Assembly (NCBI GenBank): GCA_963758635.1
Contig: CAVWWD010000005.1
Span: 738,193 to 802,192 of the forward strand
Reading direction: 5' to 3'
DNA: 64,000 bases
Source: an uncultured Candidatus Rokubacteria bacterium
GTDB taxonomy: Bacteria > Methylomirabilota > Methylomirabilia > Rokubacteriales > CSP1-6
Of this stretch, positions 41,782-52,065 are shown piece after piece. Under the pieces are notes generated by a model, which saw only the letters and a program-made list of their open reading frames with translations, made no database searches and was not told the DNA's origin. The translations under genes were made by a program, and so were the position numbers. How positions within the stretch are numbered: the stretch's first letter is position 1; each line of letters starts with the position of its first letter.

Positions 41782-42698
41782 ATGCGACGACCGATGCTCG
41801 CAGCAGGGATCGCGTTGATCACTCTGGCTGCGGGGGCCGACCTGGCGGCGCCCGCCGGCCGGGTGCGCGTGGTGGCGACGATCACCGACCTGAAGTCGCT
41901 GACCGAGGCGGTGGGCGGCGCCCTCGTGGAGGTGGACGCCCTGGCGCGGCCCGCCCAGAGCCCCCACGACCTCGAGGTGCGCCCGAGCCTCATGGTCAAG
42001 GTGCGGAACGCCGACCTCGTGGTGCTGAACGGCCTCGAGCTGGACCAGTGGGCCGAGGTCGTGATCCAGGGCGCGAACAACCCCCGCGCCGTGCCCGGCG
42101 GCTCGGGCCGCGTGGACGCCTCGCGCGGCGTCCCGGTGCTGGAGGTCCCGTCGACGCGCGTGGACCGCTCGATGGGCGACGTGCACCCGTCGGGCAACCC
42201 GCACTACACGCTGGATCCCGGCCTCGCGCCGATCGTGACCGCCAACATCCTCGAGGGGCTGGCGCGCGTGGCGCCCGAGCATCGCGCCGCCTTCGAGCGG
42301 CAGCGCGGCGAGTTCCTCGCCCGGCTCGAGCGCGCGATGACGCGCTGGCGCGAGGCGCTCGCCCCGGCGAGGGGCGCAAAGTCGTCGTGTATCATAACGA
42401 CTGGACGTACCTCCTCGCGCGGTTCGGGCTCGCGCAGGCCGGCACCATCGAGGAGCGTCCGGGCATCCCTCCATCGCCCGCTCACCTCGTGCGGCTCATC
42501 CAGCAGATGCGGGAGGACAAGGTCAAGGTGATCCTGGTCGAGCCCTGGAGCGACCAGAAGCTGGCCGCGCGCGTGGCGCAGGAGACGGGCGCCCGGCTCG
42601 TCGTGGGCAACGCGAAGCTCGGCGCGGTGAGCGGCCCCGACGCCTACATCGCCTCGTCCGAGGCCAACGTGATGGCCCTCGCCGAGGGCCTCCGCTGA
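41782..42698 (+). CDS. metal ABC transporter substrate-binding protein (ZnuA/TroA family; frameshift near 42375)
   Basis: VVATITDL, SPHDLEVRPS, DVHPSGNPHYTLDP, YHNDWTY. Confidence 0.88.
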
Positions 42699-42714
42699 GC
42701 GCGGGGGGCGCGCC

Positions 42715-43537
42715 GTGACCGCCGACCTCCTCGCGCTGATGTGGGTCCCGTTCTCCATGTGCCTCGTCCTCACCGGCATCCACGCGTACCTCGGCATCCA
42801 CGTCATCGCCCGCGAGGTCGTGTTCGTGGACATCGCGCTCGCGCAGATCGCCGCCCTCGGCGCCACCGCGGCGTTCCTCGGCGGCTACGCGATGGACACG
42901 TGGGAGTCGTACGCGGCGGGCCTCTCGTTCACGATCCTGGGCGCCCTCGTCCTCGCGCTCACCCGGAGCCGGGCGCGGCGCGTCTCGCAGGAGGCGGTGA
43001 TCGGCGTGGTGTACGCGGTGTCGGCGGGCGCGGCGGTGCTCCTCGCCGACCGCTCGCCCCACGGCGCCGAGCACCTGCGCGGGATGCTCGTGGGCAGCCT
43101 CCTGAGCGTGAGCGGCGCCGAGGTGCTGAAGGTGGCGGCGCTCTACGCCGCGATCGGCGCCGTCCACTGGCTCTGGCGCCGCCCGTTCCTCCTGATCTCG
43201 ACCGATCCGGCCGCGCGCGTACCGCGAGGGCCTCGCCGTGCGCGCGTGGGACTTCCTCTTCTACGCGTCCTTCGGCTGGTCGTGACCAGCTCCGTCCGCA
43301 TCGCCGGCGTGCTGCTCGTGTTCTCGTACCTCATCGTGCCGGCCCTCGCCGGCATCCTCACCGGCGGCGGGGTCGGCCCGCGGCTCCTCGTGGGGTGGGG
43401 CTTCGGCGCCGTCGTCAGCGTTCTCGCCATCGTGGCGTCGGCCGCCCTCGACCTTCCCGACCGGGGCCACGGTGGTCTGCGCGTTCGGCCTGGCGCTCTC
43501 CGCCCTCGCCGCCGCAGTGAAGATCGGGCGCGCGTGA
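42715..43537 (+). CDS. metal ABC transporter permease (ZnuB/MntB-like; frameshifts)
   Basis: GIHVIAREVVFVDIALAQIAALG, EAVIGVVY, GVLLVFSYLIVPA. Confidence 0.85.
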
Positions 43538-44472
43538 GCGCCCGGCGCTCGTTCGCGTCGGCGGCGCGCGCTGGCCGCGTCGTGCCTCGTGGCGCTCGCC
43601 GCGCTCGCCGCCTGCGAGCGGAGCCCCGCACCCACCGGCGGGACGAAGCCCCTCGTGGTGACGAGCTTCTATCCGCTCTGGGAGTTCTCGCGCCAGGTGG
43701 CGGGCGAGCGCGCCGAGGTGGTCTCGCTGGTGCCGCCCGGCGTGGAGCCGCACGACTGGGAGCCCTCGCCGCAGGACGTGGCGCAGGTGCGCCGCGCCCG
43801 CCTGTTCGTGTACAACGGGGCGGGCTTCGAGCAATCCGCCGACCGGCTCCTCCAGGCCATCGCGGGACGAGGTGTCGCCGCGGTGGATGCCACCGCGGGG
43901 CTGGACCTGATCGCCGGCCCCGGCGACGCGACGCCGGCGCCGGTCCGGTCGATCCGCACGTGTGGCTCGATCCGGTGCTCGCGCAGGCCCAGGTCGCCAC
44001 CATCCGCGCCGCGCTGGAGCGGGCCGACCCGGCCAGCGCGGCCGCCTACGCGGACGGCGCGCGGGCGTTCACCGACAAGCTCGGCGCGCTCCACGAGGCG
44101 TACCGGGAAGGCCTCCGCGAGTGCGCGCGCCGGAGCCTCGTCGTGTCGCACGGCGCGTTCACCTACCTCGCCCGGCGCTACGACCTGCGCCAGATCGCCG
44201 TGACCGGCGGCCGCCCGGAGTCCGAGCCGAGCCCCGCCGATCTCGCCGCCACCGTGCGCGCGGCGCGCCGAGAGGGCGCCCGCTACGTCTTCGTGGAGAC
44301 GCTGGTGAGCCCGCGCCTGGCCGAGACGCTGGCGCGCGAGGTCGGCGCGCGCATCCTCGTGCTCGATCCCGTGGAGGGCCTCACCCGCGAGGCCGCCGCC
44401 GCCGGCCGCGACTACCTGTCCGTCATGCGGGAGAACCTCGAGCGCCTGCGGACCGGGCTGGAATGTCGATGA
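43534..44472 (+). CDS. second metal ABC substrate-binding lipoprotein (AdcA/ZnuA-like; frameshifts)
   Basis: LAAC lipobox, VVTSFYP, GVEPHDWEPSP, DPHVWLDP, SHGAFTY, LDPVEG. Confidence 0.85.
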   Translation: MSARRSFASAARAGRVVPRGARRARRLRAEPRTHRRDEAPRGDELLSALGVLAPGGGRARRGGLAGAARRGAARLGALAAGRGAGAPRPPVRVQRGGLRAIRRPAPPGHRGTRCRRGGCHRGAGPDRRPRRRDAGAGPVDPHVWLDPVLAQAQVATIRAALERADPASAAAYADGARAFTDKLGALHEAYREGLRECARRSLVVSHGAFTYLARRYDLRQIAVTGGRPESEPSPADLAATVRAARREGARYVFVETLVSPRLAETLAREVGARILVLDPVEGLTREAAAAGRDYLSVMRENLERLRTGLECR

Positions 44473-45326
44473 ACGGCCATCTGCCTCGTGACGTGCCTCC
44501 GCTGGCCGGAGGTCTCGGCGAGCGACGAGCTCTCTGCGCGCGCTCAAGCAGCGCGGGATCGGGGTGACGGCGAGACCGTGGAACGCGCCTGACGCCTCGT
44601 TCGACGGCTTCGACGCCGTCGTCCTGCGCTCGAACTGGGACTACCACTTCGCGCTGGAGGCGTTCGCGGCTTGGCTCGATCGCTGGGAGCGTGCGGGCGT
44701 GCGCATCTGGAACCCACCCGCGCTCGTGCGCTGGAACCTGACGAAGCAGTACCTGATCGACCTGCGTCCGCGGACGTCCACGTGGTGCCCACCGTCCGGC
44801 TGGAGGCCGGACACCGAGCTGCCCGCGGTGCTCGCGGCGCGGGGCTGGACACGCGCGGTGGTGAAGCCATTGGTGTCGGCTTGGGCCACGACACCATGCT
44901 GGTGGAGGCTGGCGGCGACGCGGCCGCGGTGGAGGCTCTCGCCGAGGGACGCGTGCGTCAGCCCGCCATGGTCCAGCCATTCGTGGAGGACATCCGGACG
45001 CGCGGCGAATGGTCGCTGATCTTCGTGGAGGGCGACTTCACGCACGCCGTGCTCAAGTCGCCCGCGGCCGGACGACTTTCGCGTCCAGGCGAGGTACGGT
45101 GGATCGCGTCGCCGCGCCCGCGCCGGAGGCCGCGCTCACCGTGGCACGACGCATCCTCTCCCTCCTTCCCGCCCCTGCGCTCTACGCGCGGATCGACGGC
45201 GTGGAGACGGGGGAGGGCTTCCTCCTGATGGAAGTCGAGGTGAACAGGCCCGGGCTCTTCCTGTCCCTGGCGCCCGAGGCGGCCGAGCGGCTGGCCGACG
45301 CCATCGTCCGACGGCTGAGTCGATGA
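44469..45326 (+). CDS. ATP-grasp (RimK/glutathione-synthetase-like) protein, heavily frameshifted
   Basis: VVLRSNWDY, WNLTKQYL, VVKP, VQPFVEDI, GEWSLIF, LYARIDG, LMEVE spread across frames. Confidence 0.72.
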
Positions 45327-45342
45327 GGGGTAGAATGTCGCC

Positions 45343-45745
45343 GTGATCGATCAGGCCGGCGAGGCCGGGAGCGGGCCAGACTCCACGACGCACTCCCGGA
45401 GCCGCTGGCGCGCCACCTGTCTCGCCGCCCTCGCCGTCCTCGCCGTGCTCACGGTGGTGGCCGCCAGCCGACGAGCCGGGCGAGGGCGGGCTCCGCGAGG
45501 CCATGCTGGCCGCGACGCCGGACTGGAGCCAACGGGGTCGCCCACGCCGTGAACTCCGGAGGGTCGTGGCGCGTGCTGCTGCCGGCAAGCCTCGTCCTGC
45601 TCGCGCTGTCCCCGGACGCCCGCCGCCGCTGGTGGCTCTGGCTCGCCGTCCTGCCCGCGAGCGCCCTCGTCGAGGGGCTGCTCAAGACGACGCTCGCGCG
45701 CCCGCGACCCGGGGACGTCTCCGCGGGCTTTCCCAGCGGGCATGT
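45343..45745 (+). CDS. PAP2-family membrane phosphatase, truncated at the segment junction
   Basis: [10 protein letters not shown] and GFPSGH motifs; the third motif is missing because the sequence switches to katE; TAGAAT-N6-GTG start. Confidence 0.7.
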
Positions 45746-46382
45746 TGGCGTCCTGGATGAAGAACACCGGCATGTTGTTGCCGACCAGGTCCCACACGCC
45801 GTCGGGCGTATAGAACTTCACGGCAAAGCCGCGCACGTCGCGCGGCGTGTCGGTCGAGCCGCGCGAGCCCGCCACGGTCGAGAAGCGCACGAAGACCGGC
45901 GTCTGGACGTCCGGGTCCTGCAGCGGCGCCGCCATGGTGAGATGGGCTGGCTCTCATAGACCTGGAAGAAGCCGTGGGCGGCAGCGCCGCGGGCATGCAC
46001 GACCCGCTCGGGGATGCGCTCATGGTCGAAATGCGTGATCTTCTCGCGCATCAGGATGTCTCGAGCAGCGTCGGCCCGCGCACATGCGACTTCAGCGAAT
46101 TCTGGTCGTCGCTGACGGACACCCCCTGATTGGTCGTCAGCTGCTCGCCGGGCGCCAGCGTGTCGGGATGCAGATCGAGCGTCTTGTCGGTCTCCTGCGG
46201 CGGCGACGGCGGCTTGTCGTTGGGCGTCACCTGGCCCGAGGTGCGCGGCAGCATCGGCGGCAGCGACGGGCCTGGCTTGGCGGCCTTGGAGACGTCCGGC
46301 GTCGGCCGGGAGGGACTGGGTGGCGGTTTGGCGCCCGATTGGTCGCGCGGGCCGTGCGCTTGGCGGGCCGTTTGGTGGGCAT
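45746..46382 (-). CDS. katE: large-subunit catalase (HPII), N-terminal part only, truncated at the junction
   Basis: [60 protein letters not shown]. Confidence 0.9.
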
Positions 46383-46439
46383 GCTGCTGTTCCCCTGTAC
46401 TTCGCTGTCTGTTGCTTTGCTGTGTGTCGGCACCAGGAG

Positions 46440-46464
46440 AACGAGGCGACAAGTCCATCGTTGC
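46440..46464 (-). promoter_or_regulatory. EcfG/SigT-type promoter (katE)
   Basis: GCAAC-N16-CGTT on the minus strand. Confidence 0.65.
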
Positions 46465-46571
46465 TCGACGAGCAGATGGTGTCGGACGTCCTAGATGGAA
46501 CAGCGTGCAACTCGACACGGCGACGATGCAGCGTCACTCAGCGACCGCCGGATCGTAATCGCTCGGCTGCA

Positions 46572-46597
46572 GCAACCTTAGTCTTCAGCGTCTCGTT
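46572..46597 (+). promoter_or_regulatory. EcfG/SigT-type promoter (operon starting at 46631)
   Basis: GCAAC-N17-CGTT. Confidence 0.65.
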
Positions 46598-46630
46598 CCT
46601 CACACAAAAAGAACAGACGCGGAGGCGGAC

Positions 46631-47057
46631 ATGACGGACAGCACTCAGCAGACAATGGATCAGGCAACGGGCGTTGCCCGAGCCGTGGGCGAGGCGGTCG
46701 GCAAGAAGGTCGAAGAGGTGGCGGACAAGTCGAAGCAGGCCGGGGCGGACGCCGTTGCCGGTCTCGGCCGCACCGCCAATACAATCGCCGACAGCGTCGC
46801 CGAGCAATCGCCTGCCATCGCCGACTATGTGCGCGGCGCAGGCGCCAAGATCGACCGCTTGGCGACCGACCTTCGCGGACAAGAAAGTCGGAGACCTGAT
46901 GACGTCGGCCGTGGAGTTCGGCCGCTCGCAGCCCGTCGCCATGATCGCCGGCGCCGCCTTGGTGGGCTTCGCTCTTTCGCGGCTGATCAAGGCCGGTGTT
47001 GCGGCCCCGTCCGAGAGCAACGGTGCCAGCAGCGATAGCAAGGCGGAGCAGGCATGA
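46631..47057 (+). CDS. small stress-associated membrane-anchored protein (frameshift near 46875)
   Basis: Helical repeats then FGRSQPVAMIAGAALVGFALSRLIK; GGAGG RBS; first of a three-gene cluster with holin-family and DUF3618-like genes. Confidence 0.7.
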
Positions 47058-47452
47058 TGCTCAACACTCCTCGCCGTCCCGGCGTCGTGACCTTGTTCAC
47101 CGCCGCCATCGCCCAGTCGGCCGACCTGGTCCAGACCGAATTCCGGCTGGCGCGCGCCGAGGTTTCCGAGAAGCTCGCGGCACTGCGCATCGGCCTCGCC
47201 CTGATGGCCGTCGGGGCCATTTTCCTGATCGCGGCGCTCGGCATGCTGCTGCAGGCGCTTGTGAGCGTGCTGATCGCCGCCGGCCTGTCCCCACCCGCCG
47301 CCATCCTGCTGGTTGCCGGGGGCGCTGCCGTCATCGGCCTGGTGCTCTTCCTGATGGGCCAGAAGCGGCTCAACCCGGAGGAGCTGGTTCCCGACCGTAC
47401 CCTGACCTCGCTGTCGCGCGACGGCCGCATGATGAAGGAGACCGTGACATGA
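47054..47452 (+). CDS. phage-holin-family (YhjD/DUF1469-like) membrane protein
   Basis: LVQTEFRLARAEV, two TM helices, LVPDRTLTSL. Confidence 0.78.
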   Translation: MMLNTPRRPGVVTLFTAAIAQSADLVQTEFRLARAEVSEKLAALRIGLALMAVGAIFLIAALGMLLQALVSVLIAAGLSPPAAILLVAGGAAVIGLVLFLMGQKRLNPEELVPDRTLTSLSRDGRMMKETVT

Positions 47453-48381
47453 CCTCGACCGCTCGCCTGCAACGGGAGGCCGATGCCAGCCGCGTCGAAC
47501 TCGCCGATACGCTCGGCCAGTTGCGCGATGGCCTCGCTCCCTCGGCGCTATCCACCGAAGCCATCGCCCTGGTGAAAGACAGCGGCCTCTCGCTGATCAA
47601 GACCCTGGCCGAGCAGGCGCGGGCCAATCCCGTCCCCGCGCTGCTGATCGGCGCTGGCCTCACCATGCTGCTGACGCGCACCACGGGCTCCGATGTCATG
47701 GGGGTGGCCAGCTCGACGTTGAAGAGCGCCGCCACCACCGGGGCCGGCGCCGCGCGCAGCGCCGCCTCCGCCACGGCCGCCACGGCGTCGAGCGCCGCAG
47801 CGACGGTGGCATCCGCCGCCTCGCGTGCTGCCTCCTCGGCCACCTCCTCGGTCACGGGCGCGGTCCGCGATGCCGCCAGCGCCGTGGGCGACCGCGTCGT
47901 CGACACCGTCGGCGAGGTCCAGCACCAGGCCAGCGAGGGTTATGCCGCGGTGAAAGACAAGGTCGACAGCGGGATCGAGGCGGGCCGTCGCGAGATGCAC
48001 GACCGGCGTGACCAGGCCGCCGGCCTCGCCGACACCGCCCAGGAAAAGGCCGCGACGTTGGCCGATCAGACCCGGCAGAGCCTGTCGCACCTTCTCGAAG
48101 AGCAGCCCATCCTGATGGCGGCCCTCGGGGCGGCGCTCGGGGCGGCGTTAGGGGCGGCCTTGCCGCTGTCGAAGGCCGAAAAGGACATGATCGGCGCCGC
48201 CGGCGCCCGCGCCGTCGATGCCGGGCGTGATGCCCTCGCCAGCGCGGCGGACGTCCTGAAGGCAGAAGCCAGCAACGCGGATCTCGGCGGCAAGGTTGGC
48301 GAGATCGCCGACAAGGTCGTGCAATCCGTCACCAAGGACATCAAACAGTCGGTGAGCGGGAACACCAGCCAACCCGCCTGA
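47449..48381 (+). CDS. DUF3618-like protein
   Basis: LQREADASRVELADTLGQL, ANPVPALLIGAG, EQPILMAALG. Confidence 0.72.
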   Translation: MTSTARLQREADASRVELADTLGQLRDGLAPSALSTEAIALVKDSGLSLIKTLAEQARANPVPALLIGAGLTMLLTRTTGSDVMGVASSTLKSAATTGAGAARSAASATAATASSAAATVASAASRAASSATSSVTGAVRDAASAVGDRVVDTVGEVQHQASEGYAAVKDKVDSGIEAGRREMHDRRDQAAGLADTAQEKAATLADQTRQSLSHLLEEQPILMAALGAALGAALGAALPLSKAEKDMIGAAGARAVDAGRDALASAADVLKAEASNADLGGKVGEIADKVVQSVTKDIKQSVSGNTSQPA

Positions 48382-48464
48382 CGCCGATTCATGTCGATGG
48401 CGGTCTCGCTGGCCCAGCACTCGGGTCGGGGGTGCCCGCCATTCGTGTGGACATGTCATCGCCA

Positions 48465-48490
48465 GCAACCCCTGAGCTTCAGGGAGCGTT
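48465..48490 (+). promoter_or_regulatory. EcfG/SigT-type promoter (hemerythrin gene)
   Basis: GCAAC-N17-CGTT. Confidence 0.65.
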
Positions 48491-48528
48491 GCCAAAGTAC
48501 GCTCTTTCCACACAATCAGGAGATACCC

Positions 48529-49071
48529 ATGCCGAGCAAAGACACAGCCGACGCCATTGCGCTGCTGAAAGCGGACCATCGCAAGGTCGAGGGCCTGTTC
48601 GAACAGTTCGAGAAAGCGAAGGACAACGCCCGCAAGCAGAAGCTGGCGCAGGAGATCTGCACCGAGCTCACGGTGCATGCGACCATCGAGGAGGAAATCT
48701 TCTATCCGGCCTGCAAGGAGGCCGTGGAGGACGATCTCGAGCACGAGGCCTATGTCGAGCACGACGGCGCCAAGGTGCTGATCGCCGAAATCGCCCAGGG
48801 CAACCCCGAGGACGAATTCTACGACGCCAAGGTCACGGTCCTTTCCGAGATGATCAAGCATCACGTGAAGGAAGAGGAGAAGCCCGGCGAAGGCTTCTTC
48901 GCCCAGGCGCGCAAGGGCGACGTCGACATGGAAGCCCTCGGCGGTACGCTGAAGGCGCGCAAGGAGCAGCTCCTGGCGGCAATCAAGCAGGGCGGGCTCC
49001 CCCCGCCGGAAACCCGCAGCTTCACGGGCCACAAGCTTAAGCAGGGCCATGTCGTGGAGGCCGCCGACTAG
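48529..49071 (+). CDS. hemerythrin-domain protein
   Basis: LKADHRKV, HATIEEEIFYP, EHDGAK, HHVKEEE. Confidence 0.88.
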   Translation: MPSKDTADAIALLKADHRKVEGLFEQFEKAKDNARKQKLAQEICTELTVHATIEEEIFYPACKEAVEDDLEHEAYVEHDGAKVLIAEIAQGNPEDEFYDAKVTVLSEMIKHHVKEEEKPGEGFFAQARKGDVDMEALGGTLKARKEQLLAAIKQGGLPPPETRSFTGHKLKQGHVVEAAD

Positions 49072-49520
49072 GCGGGCGGCGGCCGCGCAGAGGCGGCCGC
49101 GACAGGCTCGTCCATCTTCTAACCGAAGCCGCAGAGATCGAGCACAATCTCCTGGCGGCGCTTCAGCTTGAAGCGTGGCGCAGGACGGGCTTTCGCCAAT
49201 CACCTGGCAGGTTTCGTCATCAGGCTGACTCAGCTGACGAAAGCGACACTAGACCGTTTCATCTTTCTCGAGCGGCCTGCGGACGCAGAAGTGTCGATAT
49301 CCATTGCTGAGGGTAGCCCTCAGCGCGGCATGGGCATGACCACGCCCGCGATGACCGGGAAGCATCGGCATGAACCAACCTACGCCGAGCGGGGCCTCTC
49401 CCAGTCGAACGGCTAACAAGCAATCAGCCTCCAACTGTGCATCTGGGTGTGCCGGTCGACGAGCGCGAGGGCGGCAAGGTGTGGGAACCGCGTCGCCCTC
49501 CGCTTTAAGTGCCGCACGTC

Positions 49521-49889
49521 CTAGCTGATTAAGGACCGGACCATCCCGACCAACTCAGTCGGTTCATAGGGTTTGCCGAGGAAAAGCCCGCGCTCAGGCA
49601 TATCGTCGTCTCGAACGCGCGCGTAGCCAGATGTCAGCACAAGCTCGACCGTCGGCCAGCGGTGACGAATGGCTTGGGCAAGCTCCAGCCCGTCCATGCT
49701 CCCCGGCATATTGATGTCGGTGAAGACGACCTTAATGTCCTGTCGGGCTTCGAGGAGCGGGACGGCCTCATCAGCGCTGCCAGCCTCCAGCGTATCGAAG
49801 CCTGCTTCTTTCAGAAGGAAGACTGCACTCTGGCGGACCAGGAAATCATCCTCAACGATGAGGACCAATGACGGAGACATCAACGACAC
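49521..49889 (-). CDS. single-domain response regulator
   Basis: LIVEDD, FTDINMPG, LTSG, FLGKPY. Confidence 0.88.
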   Translation of the reverse strand: MSLMSPSLVLIVEDDFLVRQSAVFLLKEAGFDTLEAGSADEAVPLLEARQDIKVVFTDINMPGSMDGLELAQAIRHRWPTVELVLTSGYARVRDDDMPERGLFLGKPYEPTELVGMVRSLIS

Positions 49890-50020
49890 CGAGATGCGCG
49901 AGACAGTTACGAAAGCTTCTCAGGGCGAACGTGGCGGCAAGTCGCGCCGATAGTTTGAAGGTGGGCCGATAGTCTGAAGCTGGAATGTGATCGATCCGCT
50001 GCCTGCTGCGGCGCAGCCGA

Positions 50021-50042
50021 AGGGGCGCCTGCTGGCGCCCCT
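50021..50042 (-). terminator. hairpin downstream of csbD
   Basis: AGGGGCGCC-TGCT-GGCGCCCCT inverted repeat. Confidence 0.45.
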
Positions 50043-50064
50043 CCGTTTCGCGCGGCGGGGACAG

Positions 50065-50253
50065 CTAGAGATCGGCCGCCTTCTTAAGGGCGTCCTTGCC
50101 CTTGCCGACGGCCTTCTGCAGGTCGCCCTTGGCTTCCTGTACCTTGCCCTCGCCCTTCAGTGCGGGATCATCGGTAGCCTCACCGACGCCCTGCTTTACC
50201 TTACCGGCGACCTGATTGGCCGTGCCCTTCAACTTGTCAGTCGTGCTGCTCAT
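50065..50253 (-). CDS. csbD: CsbD family stress protein
   Basis: DKLKGTANQVAGKVKQGVGEATDDPALKGEGKVQEAKG. Confidence 0.9.
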   Translation of the reverse strand: MSSTTDKLKGTANQVAGKVKQGVGEATDDPALKGEGKVQEAKGDLQKAVGKGKDALKKAADL

Positions 50254-50285
50254 TGCCTTTTCCTTATCTGGGGGTGAGCAAGCCC

Positions 50286-50311
50286 AACGATGGCGTGGTC
50301 GAACACGTTGC
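50286..50311 (-). promoter_or_regulatory. EcfG/SigT-type promoter (csbD)
   Basis: GCAAC-N17-CGTT on the minus strand. Confidence 0.7.
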
Positions 50312-50506
50312 CTGGCAAGTTTGATGCGCCCTGCGCGCAAAGGCCGGACCGAGGTGCTACTCGAGATGCCCTCGGGCGGGCGCTACCGTCGGCTCTTTCG
50401 ACCGAGGCGCCGGCTTCCATGCCGAATGCGTCTGCAAAGCGGCTTTCTTGGTGCAAATTGCGGCGGAAGTTAAGAGCGAAGGCCCTCCCGCCGTGAGCGT
50501 CCTGGC

Positions 50507-50531
50507 GCAACCTTCGTGCCTCTCGGCTGTT
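50507..50531 (+). promoter_or_regulatory. EcfG/SigT-type promoter (PepSY gene)
   Basis: GCAAC-N16-TGTT. Confidence 0.5.
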
Positions 50532-50587
50532 GACTAGGAACAGCAGGGCTCGCGTGCGGCCCCGTTATTCCCAAAAAGGTGAAAAAG

Positions 50588-51049
50588 ATGAAGAGATTGC
50601 TCATGGTTGCTGCATTGGCAGCGACCTCTACGGTGTTGCCTGCGTATGCGGCGACTGACGGCGAATGCCAGGCGATGTGGACGAAAGCCGACACTAACAA
50701 GGACGGCGTGCTGTCCGACGCCGAAGCTACGCGCTATGCCGCGGCAATGCGCGTGCGCGAGGCGAAGATGCCGGCCAACGGCAAGTTTGACCAGGCGGCT
50801 TTCATGGAAGCCTGCAAAGCCGACGTTTACGCCCCGGCCAAGGCCGACGCGGGCGCTCCTCTGAAGGGCGCCAACAGTTTCACCGAAGGCCAGGCGAAGG
50901 ACCGCGCGGTTGCCAACGGCGCCACCGAGATCGCCGAGCTCAAGAAGGACGACAACGGAGTGTGGCGCGGCGTCGCTAAGCACGACGGCAAGTCCGGCGA
51001 AGTCGCGATCGATTACAAGGGCAACGTCGTTTTCCAGACTTCGCCCTAA
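50588..51049 (+). CDS. secreted EF-hand plus PepSY-like protein
   Basis: Signal peptide, DTNKDGVLSDAE loop, GANSFTEGQAK...KDDNGVWRG...IDYKGNV. Confidence 0.8.
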   Translation: MKRLLMVAALAATSTVLPAYAATDGECQAMWTKADTNKDGVLSDAEATRYAAAMRVREAKMPANGKFDQAAFMEACKADVYAPAKADAGAPLKGANSFTEGQAKDRAVANGATEIAELKKDDNGVWRGVAKHDGKSGEVAIDYKGNVVFQTSP

Positions 51050-51071
51050 CCGTTCATAGAAGGATCCAGTC

Positions 51072-51665
51072 ATGCAAACAGTCAGTCGCGTTTACGACAC
51101 CTACGCCCAGGCCCGCAATGCGGTCACCGCCGTCGAGGCCGCCGGCGTGCCAACCAGCGAGGTGAGCCTCGTGGCCAACAAGTACGTTAGCGACAAATAC
51201 GCCGACGTCGATGAAGTCTCCGCACCCGCGAAGGGCGCCGGCATCGGCGGTGCGATCGGCGGCGGCGCCGGCCTGCTCGCCGGCCTCGGCCTGCTGGCCA
51301 TTCCCGGCCTCGGGCCGGTGGTTGCCGCGGGCTGGTTGGCGGCCACTGCCGTCGGCGCAGCTGCGGGTGCGGCGGCGGGCGGCCTGGTCGGAGCGCTGGT
51401 CGATGCCGGTGTGTCCAAGGACGACGCTCATGTCTATTCCGAGTCCGTGCGCCGGGGCGGCACGCTGGTGAGCGCTCGCGTACCGGACGAGGACGCTTCC
51501 CGCATCCAGGCCATCCTCGATCGCTTCAAGCCGATCGATCCGGCGCTGCGCGGCGCCGAGTATCGCAAGGAAGGCTGGAAGAGCTTTGATCCCAAGGCGC
51601 CAGCCTATCGGCCGAGCGAGGCCGAGATCGAGCGCATGCGCCGCGAGCACGACTTGGCGGCCTAG
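51072..51665 (+). CDS. general stress protein with glycine zipper (YflT-like)
   Basis: YDTYAQA, GAGIGGAIGGGAG, IPGLGPVVAAG, YSESVRRGGTLV. Confidence 0.8.
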   Translation: MQTVSRVYDTYAQARNAVTAVEAAGVPTSEVSLVANKYVSDKYADVDEVSAPAKGAGIGGAIGGGAGLLAGLGLLAIPGLGPVVAAGWLAATAVGAAAGAAAGGLVGALVDAGVSKDDAHVYSESVRRGGTLVSARVPDEDASRIQAILDRFKPIDPALRGAEYRKEGWKSFDPKAPAYRPSEAEIERMRREHDLAA

Positions 51666-51687
51666 GCACGTATTCTCCACCAAGCAG

Positions 51688-51721
51688 AAAGGGCAGGAAG
51701 CCGATTGGCTTCCTGCCCTTT
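51688..51721. terminator. intrinsic terminator, potentially bidirectional
   Basis: AAAGGGCAGGAAGCC-GATT-GGCTTCCTGCCCTTT. Confidence 0.8.
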
Positions 51722-52065
51722 GTTAACTGACAACAATGCGCATGCACTCCAAACATGCAGTGCACCGAAGCGCAACGCCTCGGGCAGGCTGCGCAACGCG
51801 ATCGACGGCGGCGATCCCAGATAACGACCGGCCGATCTCGGCAATCGTGCCTCCTTGCCTGCTTTCAAGGGCGGAACTTCATCCAGACCCGAGCTCAATC
51901 AGGTCGTAATACCGCGCCGTCGCGCCGCCGCAACGATCCGAACCAGCCCGACGTTTGACCTGTGCCGCGAGAAAAGATTGCTCATTGCGTGCTGATTGCC
52001 AAATTCATGGTGCCGACCGAAGTGGCGGAGGAGTCAGGTGAACGCCGATTGCTAGGGAGCTGGTC

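Noticed and set aside
47054..47452. Prophage lysis gene
   Set aside because: The holin-family label belongs to a common stress-associated membrane protein cluster; no phage genes are nearby.
50537..50566. Canonical GGAAC...CGTT promoter before the PepSY gene
   Set aside because: The spacing is 21 nt, outside the 16-17 nt expected; the upstream GCAAC-N16-TGTT fits better.
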